Shown here: in pieces, positions 57,983-64,000 of the stretch
Layout of the letters: each line of letters begins with the position of its first letter
Position numbering within the stretch: position 1 is the stretch's first letter
Source: an uncultured Bacilli bacterium
GTDB lineage: Bacteria; Bacillota_I; Bacilli_A; RF39; UBA660
NCBI GenBank assembly: GCA_934096175.1
Contig: CAKOLG010000001.1
Span: 117,736-181,735, forward strand
Reading direction: 5' to 3'
DNA: 64,000 nucleotides
Made by a program: the position numbers and the translations under genes
Notes under the pieces: model-generated
Databases searched by the model: none
Seen by the model: the letters and a program-made list of their open reading frames with translations, nothing else
What the model was told of the DNA's origin: nothing

Positions 57983-58417
57983 ATGAAACAAGTTCTTGAT
58001 AAAATAATTAGTTTTTTGTTATATTTTTTGCTTTTTCTATTTGGAAGTTTTGATTTTATGTTAAAAACTTTATTGTCTTTAATGTTTATAGATTATATAA
58101 CAGGTGTAAGTAGAGCATTTATTACAAAAAAGGTTAATAGCAGTATAGGAGGTAAAGGAATTATAAAAAAAGCAGTATACTTATGTGTTGTTGCAGTAGC
58201 AGTAATATTAGACAATTTATTGGAAGTAAACGGAGGTTTAAGAGCTTTAATTATATATTCATTTATTTTTAACGAAATGTTATCAATTTTAGAAAATAGT
58301 AGTGCTATGGGAATCAAAGTTCCTAATATTTTATATAAATCACTTGAAAAATTAAATAAAGATCAAAATGAAAATGATAAAGAAATAGTAAAAAGTGAAG
58401 AATCAAAGCATAAATAA
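57983..58417 (+). CDS. TcdE/UviB-family holin (toxin-secretion/phage-lysis holin, Phage_holin_4_1-like)
   Basis: Three TM helices, MFIDYITGV and the central TKKVNSSIGGKGIIKKAVY. Compare C. difficile TcdE SRKFNSSFGIDGGIRKVAM. Charged C-terminal tail. Confidence 0.7.
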   Translation: MKQVLDKIISFLLYFLLFLFGSFDFMLKTLLSLMFIDYITGVSRAFITKKVNSSIGGKGIIKKAVYLCVVAVAVILDNLLEVNGGLRALIIYSFIFNEMLSILENSSAMGIKVPNILYKSLEKLNKDQNENDKEIVKSEESKHK

Positions 58418-58833
58418 TGTTGCTAATACTTTAGCAGTGTATAAAAAAGTCGAATTTTATTGTATAATATCTATGATAGCAAGGCAAAAATGCCAAGTAT
58501 TTATATTAAGAAATGTGATGGTGAAATAATAATAAAAAGAAACTAGTTAAGTAGTAAGAAGTAAAAAGTAGTATAATACACTTTCTATTCTTACTGTAGA
58601 TACTAGTTTATATATGCAAAAAAATTGTGTAGTATTTATTTTTTGCTTTATATGAATTGCTTTTATGGAGCGATTATTATGGAACTAGAAAAGTATTATA
58701 CATATTTTTTAGTAAGAAAAGATAGTATATTAAATCATAAAAAGACTATATTCTTTGCTCTAAAGGCTAATAAGAAATATAGTCTTTTTCAATTTATAAA
58801 AATACTTTTTCTTAGGGCAAGAAGTCCTCCCGT

Positions 58834-58869
58834 TCCTATCAATTTAATAAAAAATTTAAATTGATAGGA
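58834..58869 (+). promoter_or_regulatory. RBS-occluding hairpin TCCTATCAATTTAA-taaaaaa-TTAAATTGATAGGA upstream of sigma-like regulator gene
   Basis: Perfect 14-bp inverted repeat. The 3' arm includes GATAGGAGG, part of the SD sequence for the ATG at 58880. Confidence 0.5.
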
Positions 58870-58879
58870 GGAAGAAATT

Positions 58880-59356
58880 ATGGGTAAGTTCCCAAAAAGA
58901 AGAAAAAGTAAGGATAATCCGTATACACTTGGATTTGATGAAATAAAAAAGACTTATACTATTTCATTTAAAGATGTGAATAACATTATTCAAGTGATTG
59001 AAATAAATGAATTGTTATATAAAGAGTTCAATAAGTTTGAATTAGAAGATTTATCTGAAATGAATGAATATGATAATCATATTGAGCACTCAGAACTTTA
59101 TGAAGAAACTTTATATAAAAGATCTTTTAATAAAGATATATCAATAGAAGACAATATTGAAACTAAATTAATGGTAGAACTATTAAACATTTTTATAGAA
59201 GAATTACCAACTATACAAAAAAATAGATTAAAAAAGTATTATATAGAACACAAAACATATGAAAAAATAGCAATAGAAGAAGGATGCACAAAAAGAGCAG
59301 TAAAATTTAGTATAGATATTGCAATTCAAAAATTATCAAAAAAATTTAAAAATTAG
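58880..59356 (+). CDS. sigma-70 region-4-like HTH regulator (possible TcdR/UviA- or RinA-like activator)
   Basis: C-terminal LPTIQKNRLKKYYIEHKTYEKIAIEEGCTKRAVKFSIDIAIQKL resembles ECF/sigma region 4. A basic N-terminus. 158 aa. Confidence 0.5.
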   Translation: MGKFPKRRKSKDNPYTLGFDEIKKTYTISFKDVNNIIQVIEINELLYKEFNKFELEDLSEMNEYDNHIEHSELYEETLYKRSFNKDISIEDNIETKLMVELLNIFIEELPTIQKNRLKKYYIEHKTYEKIAIEEGCTKRAVKFSIDIAIQKLSKKFKN

Positions 59357-59477
59357 ACTACACAAAACATATTTAAGTTAGGAAACAAGTGAAAGGGATA
59401 TAATACTCTTTCACTTGCTATCCAAAAATTTTATAAGCTAATTTTAAAAGATTTAGTGTTTAATAGTCAAAATCATA

Positions 59478-59663
59478 ATGAAAAAATTTACAGTAGAAAT
59501 AAATCAACTAAAATCACTTTCTTTTGAAGTAAATGCAAAAAACAAAAAAAGTGCAAGACAAATGATTACCGATTTTATCAATAAAGTAGATTTAAACAAT
59601 TTGAATTTAAATTGCTTAAAAAAAGAAAATGTTAAAGTGGTTGTAAATAGGTTAAGAAAATAA
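59478..59663 (+). CDS. hypothetical small basic protein
   Basis: 61-aa ORF with a GGA-less weak RBS. Low confidence. Confidence 0.3.
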   Translation: MKKFTVEINQLKSLSFEVNAKNKKSARQMITDFINKVDLNNLNLNCLKKENVKVVVNRLRK

Positions 59664-59681
59664 AAGAACGGAGATGAAAAA

Positions 59682-60017
59682 ATGGCATATGTAAAAAGAG
59701 TACCACCAATTAAGTTAATTCTTACAAAGAAAGAATATAACACTCTTATAGGTATTTTAACAAAAAATGTGGATGAAAATAATGATGCAACAGCTAGAGA
59801 ATTATCAATTAATACTAAAGAAAAATTATTAAAATATAGTATACCACATGAATTAAATGAGAACGATGTAGAGATTGATGTAAGATTATATTTAAATGAG
59901 GCAGCAGATATTATAACTGAGTTATTATTATATAATGTAAAAAGAATTAACGAGATAAATTATTATGAAGTTTTGATAAAAGTTAGAGAATCATTTGTAA
60001 ATCATACTGACGATTAA
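59682..60017 (+). CDS. hypothetical protein
   Basis: 111-aa ORF after GGAGATGAAAAAATGG-type RBS (AACGGAGATG). Confidence 0.4.
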   Translation: MAYVKRVPPIKLILTKKEYNTLIGILTKNVDENNDATARELSINTKEKLLKYSIPHELNENDVEIDVRLYLNEAADIITELLLYNVKRINEINYYEVLIKVRESFVNHTDD

Positions 60018-60116
60018 ATTAGTATTAAATCTTTTAAAAATGTAATTAAAAATTTGGAAAGCTTAGATGTACTAAAAATTTGCATTAAAAATTTAATATT
60101 TAAGGAGATGAAAAAA

Positions 60117-62540
60117 ATGGCAAATAATGAAGTAGTAGGAGATCCATATGTATTTTATACACAAAAATGGTTAAATGATACTTATGGAAATGACAGTAGA
60201 TTTAATACTGTTACAGAAAATGGTAAAACAGGATGGGCTACCATTTATGCTTTAACAAGAGCATTACAAATTGAATTAGGAATTCAATCAACAGCTGATA
60301 ATTTTGGAAATGGAACACAAAAAGCATTTAAAACTCAATATCCTAATGGTGTACAGCAACAATCATCAGATGATAAAACAAAGAAGAACATTTATGGAAT
60401 CATCCAAGGAGCACTATTATGCAAAGGATATGCAATAGGTGCTAACACACCTACCTGTAATTTTTACGGAGGAACAGGTGGCGCAATAAAGAAATTAAAA
60501 GCAGATGCAGGATTAACAGATACAAGTTCGACAGTAACATTGAATATAATGAAAGCATTATTATCAATGGATTATTTTTATTCTTATGATACATCAACAA
60601 GAACTCAAAATATTATTAGTATGCAAAGATATCTAAATAGAAATTATGAAGCATATATTGGAATTAGACCTTGTGATGGAGTATATTCTCGTAGAACAAG
60701 TCAAGCATTGATATATGCAATTCAGGCAGAAGAGTGTATGCCTACTTCAGTAGCTAATGGTAACTGTGGACCATCTACAAAGCGTTGTCTACCAACATTA
60801 TCAGTAACTGGATCATCATCAGGAACTAGTTATAAGGGACAAGCATATTCAACTGCTAGTTTAAATAAATTTAAAACTTTAGCAAATATAGCATTATATT
60901 TTAATGGATTTGGTTCAGGAGAATTAACATCTAATTTAGACGAAAATACTATAACAAGTTTTCAAACTAAGTACTCTATTTTAGCGACTGGGAAAATAGA
61001 TTATACAACATGGTTATCTCTATTAATTAGCTGTGGAGATACAGATAGAAGTGCTAGTGCATGTGATTGTGCTACTATTTTAACACCAGCAAAAGCAAAA
61101 ACTTTGTATGATAATGGTTATCTTCGAGTTGGAAGATACTTATCTGGATATATTGCAAGTGGAGCAAGTAAAGCATTAACAAAAAAAGAATTGCAAATTG
61201 CTGCTGACGCAGGATTATATATTTTCCCAATTCATCAATCAAGTGCTAACAAGGTTTCATATTTTACAACTGCAAATGCAGTAAAAGATGTAGACAGTGC
61301 TTTTGAACATGCAAATGCACTAGGTATGCCTAGTGATACTAGTATTTATTTTGCAGTCGATTGTGATCCTTTAGATACAGAAATAACCTCTAATATTATT
61401 CCATATTTTACAACAATAAATAATATAATGAAAAGTAAGTATAATAATAAATACCCTGTTAGTATATATGGAACAAGAAATGTTTGTACGAGAGTTAGTA
61501 ATAAAGGCTTAGCAAAATACAGTTTTGTTAGTGATATGTCAACAGGATTTAGTGGAAATTTAGGATTTCCTATTCCAGATAATTGGGCATTTGACCAATT
61601 TGCAACCGTTACTGTTGGATCTGGAGATGGTAAGATTGAAATTGATAAAGATGCAATGTCTGGTAGGGATCTTGGATTAATAGGTGATTTATATTTAAAG
61701 GATTATGGGAAGGTATATTATAATTTAGTTGATATGTATAATTTAGCATTAGATTATACTAATAACAATGAAGAAAAAAGTAATTTATTAGTTTTACAAT
61801 ATCTCAGAAAGGGACGCTATGGTGATACATCTATTTTTTGTGGTGATTCATTATCGGGAGATGCCTCAATTATTAAGTGGGAAATTGTAGCTGGTACTAT
61901 AGACAAAGGATATTGTAATTTAGTAGACAGCAAATTATATAATTTGAATTTTGATTTTGTGGATTCATCTGTAAATCCTACTACATCACATGATTTACCA
62001 CACTTGGCAGCTACTCTAAATTCGTTGCTATACCAAATTGGAAATGATGATTTAAGAGGTTTCGATGAATTAGTTGATTGTTACTCTGGATGGGCAGGAG
62101 ATACAATTTCGTATGCAGATTCAATTCAAAAAGCCGTGAAAGATGGATTAACTACTGATTATGTTAAATGGGCGAAAGATAATATTTGTACCCCAAACGA
62201 AGCACATTTTAACCTTCAAGATTATATTGATGATATTGATGCATATAATTTATACCATATGATTAAATTTAAAGGGTATACTCTGCCAGAAGCGTTTTAC
62301 TTTTATTATGTTTTATCATCATTAGAAACTCATAAATATGAGTATGAGAAAAGAGCAAGCAGATTTTTAAATTATATGTCAACATCTCATTTCATTGATC
62401 TTTGTGAGTTAATAAATTCTGATGAAACTCCTATAAAACAGTTAAAGAGAACATTAAGTAAAGCTGAACAAAAATATATTGATGCAGCAATAGATGCATT
62501 TAAATCATTTATATTCAAGGAATATGTAGAAGGAAGATAA
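60117..62540 (+). CDS. large modular cell-wall hydrolase-like protein: 3x peptidoglycan-binding (PG_binding_1-like) repeats + DUF1906/GH25-like TIM-barrel + ~290-aa uncharacterised C-terminal domain, no signal peptide
   Basis: PG-binding repeats (GWATIYALTRALQIELGI; IIQGALLCKGYAIG; SMQRYLNRNYEAYIGIRPCDGVYSRRTSQALIYAIQ). DUF1906-like block LRVGRYLSGY...ELQIAADAGLYIFPIHQ...IYFAVDCDP...VSIYGTRNVC. ATG 60117 sits 9 nt after AGGAG. The N-terminus MANNEVVGDPY is not a signal peptide. Confidence 0.65.
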   Translation: MANNEVVGDPYVFYTQKWLNDTYGNDSRFNTVTENGKTGWATIYALTRALQIELGIQSTADNFGNGTQKAFKTQYPNGVQQQSSDDKTKKNIYGIIQGALLCKGYAIGANTPTCNFYGGTGGAIKKLKADAGLTDTSSTVTLNIMKALLSMDYFYSYDTSTRTQNIISMQRYLNRNYEAYIGIRPCDGVYSRRTSQALIYAIQAEECMPTSVANGNCGPSTKRCLPTLSVTGSSSGTSYKGQAYSTASLNKFKTLANIALYFNGFGSGELTSNLDENTITSFQTKYSILATGKIDYTTWLSLLISCGDTDRSASACDCATILTPAKAKTLYDNGYLRVGRYLSGYIASGASKALTKKELQIAADAGLYIFPIHQSSANKVSYFTTANAVKDVDSAFEHANALGMPSDTSIYFAVDCDPLDTEITSNIIPYFTTINNIMKSKYNNKYPVSIYGTRNVCTRVSNKGLAKYSFVSDMSTGFSGNLGFPIPDNWAFDQFATVTVGSGDGKIEIDKDAMSGRDLGLIGDLYLKDYGKVYYNLVDMYNLALDYTNNNEEKSNLLVLQYLRKGRYGDTSIFCGDSLSGDASIIKWEIVAGTIDKGYCNLVDSKLYNLNFDFVDSSVNPTTSHDLPHLAATLNSLLYQIGNDDLRGFDELVDCYSGWAGDTISYADSIQKAVKDGLTTDYVKWAKDNICTPNEAHFNLQDYIDDIDAYNLYHMIKFKGYTLPEAFYFYYVLSSLETHKYEYEKRASRFLNYMSTSHFIDLCELINSDETPIKQLKRTLSKAEQKYIDAAIDAFKSFIFKEYVEGR

Positions 62541-62618
62541 AATATAACTAAGGATAGTTAATTGATTAAATTAATCAATTAACTATTTTTTATGGTATAA
62601 TATTAGTGGTGAGCAATT

Positions 62619-63293
62619 ATGTTAAACTTTTCAAAAAAATATATTGCTGTTATTATATTGAGTATAATTATTTTTCTTACATTATATTTTTGTTGGATAT
62701 TTTTGTTAAAAAAAGAATACAACTATAAAAGTGGGGAAATTAGAATTTATCAATATAATGATAAAATAAAAGTATCTGATTTAGATTCTCTCTTTTTGGA
62801 TTCTTTAAATGTAAATAATAATTATTTGTCTTTTTATGATGATGCGATTATTCAAATAAATAAAAATGACCTTCGTAAGCGTGCCATTGGAGAAGTATCA
62901 GTATTTGCTAAATATGATTCTATAGAAAATTTAGTTCTATTTTTAAAGGAAAATGGAGTAGAAATTCAATCTAATCTAATATTAGAAAATCGAAGAATAA
63001 TTATATATAGCAATGGAAAAACAGTGTGTATTTTATTTTTTGAATCTGATAATAAAGTTAGATTAAATTTTAGGACAGAATTACCATATAAAATATCCAA
63101 TATGTACACAAGTGATGATGAATTTGAAAATTATTTTTTAAAAATAAATGCAAAAACTCACTTATCAATAAAAGAACAATTAAAATATAATTTTATAAAG
63201 ATAGCCATTGTAATAGTTTGCTTTAATTTAATTTGTTTGGTATTTCTTACATTAAAAGAATTAATAATAATAAAAAAGTGTAAAAAAAAGTAA
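62619..63293 (+). CDS. two-TM membrane protein (candidate immunity/accessory protein)
   Basis: TM helices near both termini (IAVIILSIIIFLTLYFCWIFLL; IAIVIVCFNLICLVFLTL). Immediately downstream of the large hydrolase. Confidence 0.4.
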   Translation: MLNFSKKYIAVIILSIIIFLTLYFCWIFLLKKEYNYKSGEIRIYQYNDKIKVSDLDSLFLDSLNVNNNYLSFYDDAIIQINKNDLRKRAIGEVSVFAKYDSIENLVLFLKENGVEIQSNLILENRRIIIYSNGKTVCILFFESDNKVRLNFRTELPYKISNMYTSDDEFENYFLKINAKTHLSIKEQLKYNFIKIAIVIVCFNLICLVFLTLKELIIIKKCKKK

Positions 63294-63513
63294 TAATTTG
63301 TCTATTTGCTATTTTCTTTTATCAGAATATATGATATTATGATGATGAGAAATATAGTGATGAATATGCAGTATCTTTCATCGTTGCAGCGAGTTATTGT
63401 TGTGATTGGAAGCTACTGCTTTTTTATATAATAATATTGTTGCATCTGAAGATTATTAAAGACTATTAATTGCTTATAGCATTGATAGAATATATTAAGA
63501 AGGAGGTGATGAT

Positions 63514-64000
63514 ATGAGAAAAAAGATTATAATGTTTGGTGTTTTTCTAGTTGGACTATTTTTTGCAGGAAATTTTAATGTTTATGCAAGAGAGTGCGAA
63601 TGGGGATTACAAGCTCCTCAAATACCACAAGGTTATGCAGAGAATAGAGGTCATATTGTAAGCTTAAAAACAACAGCAAGTGCCTGTAAAGGAGTCAATA
63701 CTGCCGTTTATTTTTCCAACTTTGGAAGTTTACCAAATTGGTATACACCAAGTTCTGGAACAATTGTACATGGGTATTTGATGGAAGATGATCCTCCAGC
63801 ATATGAACCAGATGAAAGAGTTAAATATTACATTGGTTTTTTTACTGGAAGGGTATTAACAGATTTTCAGCTTAATAAAACAATTACTCCTGGAAATATT
63901 GATAGTGAAGGAGATCAAACTTGTGAATTATATATGAATTTCTCAATTTCTGGAACGACAGGTGGTACTCCTATTCCACAGGGATTATTCTATTATGGAA
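63514..64000 (+). CDS. secreted Cys-containing protein, paralog B (runs off window end)
   Basis: Signal peptide MRKKIIMFGVFLVGLFFAGNFNVYA. Shares RECEWG / TTASAC / VYFSNFG / YLMEDD / GDQTCELYM blocks with 54831-55307. Confidence 0.6.
   Translation, partial: MRKKIIMFGVFLVGLFFAGNFNVYARECEWGLQAPQIPQGYAENRGHIVSLKTTASACKGVNTAVYFSNFGSLPNWYTPSSGTIVHGYLMEDDPPAYEPDERVKYYIGFFTGRVLTDFQLNKTITPGNIDSEGDQTCELYMNFSISGTTGGTPIPQGLFYYG

Noticed and set aside
58093-58317. 74-aa minus-strand ORF inside the holin gene
   Set aside because: Antisense. The holin assignment on the plus strand is well supported.
59504-59743. 79-aa minus-strand ORF overlapping 59478-59663 and 59682-60017
   Set aside because: Antisense to two co-directional plus-strand ORFs that have RBSs. 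Phe/Leu-rich artefact.
43623-64000. Interpretation of the whole accessory region as an intact prophage
   Set aside because: No terminase, portal, capsid, tail or tape-measure genes appear in 20 kb. The holin and lysin are embedded among small hypotheticals, regulators and secreted proteins. It is more consistent with an integrative island or remnant carrying a holin-export module, though structural genes could still lie beyond the window.
1-64000. CRISPR arrays, tRNA and rRNA genes
   Set aside because: No spaced direct repeats of CRISPR type were seen. No sequence with a recognisable tRNA T-arm (GTTCGAATC-like) or 16S/23S/5S signatures was found. The only repeats are parS, the island IR elements and the short tandem duplication.

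Overview
This is a low-GC (~28%) Firmicutes chromosomal window spanning the replication origin. Its gene order resembles Bacillus subtilis.

Minus strand: mfd(partial)-pth-methyltransferase-ricT/yaaT-holB-bofA-recR-ybaB-dnaX-tadA-[SRP RNA]-[three parS sites]-gyrA-gyrB-recF-comK-dnaN-dnaA.

The oriC region carries DnaA boxes on both sides of dnaA.

Plus strand: rpmH-rnpA-yidC-jag-[Noc-binding-site palindrome]-mnmE-mnmG-rsmG-noc-like parB. After these come a convergent class A PBP, DUF1934-like/argS, rpoE (RNAP delta), prfA-prmC-spoIIR and murA. Next is a ~480-nt GC-enriched non-coding region feeding into a small 4-TM protein (OLE/OapA-like candidate). This is followed by rpmE, an ATP-grasp gene, rpiB, spoIID-spoIIQ-like-spoIIID, hpf and secA.

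Sporulation genes (bofA, spoIIR, spoIID, spoIIQ-like, spoIIID), together with rpoE and comK, suggest a spore-forming Bacilli/Erysipelotrichia-type organism.

From ~43.6 kb to the window end lies an accessory island beginning with a tyrosine integrase directly after secA. It contains:
- a RepA_N-like initiator and a divergent XRE repressor with a recurring operator motif
- a MazF/EndoA-type toxin, a cold-shock protein, an ArpU-like regulator and a CAP-domain surface protein
- a secreted protein co-operonic with an FtsX-type ABC exporter (lactococcin-972-like architecture)
- a novel paralogous secreted Cys-containing protein family
- a twice-repeated conserved inverted-repeat/terminator-like element
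- a TcdE/UviB-family holin flanked by signal-peptide-less peptidoglycan hydrolases (M23+LysM; 3xPG-binding+DUF1906-like, 828 aa) and a sigma-region-4-like regulator, which I interpret as a candidate holin-dependent bacteriolysin export system rather than a prophage lysis cassette

No rRNA, tRNA or CRISPR arrays were recognised. All coordinates and calls come from reading the sequence and the supplied ORF track, with no database searches.
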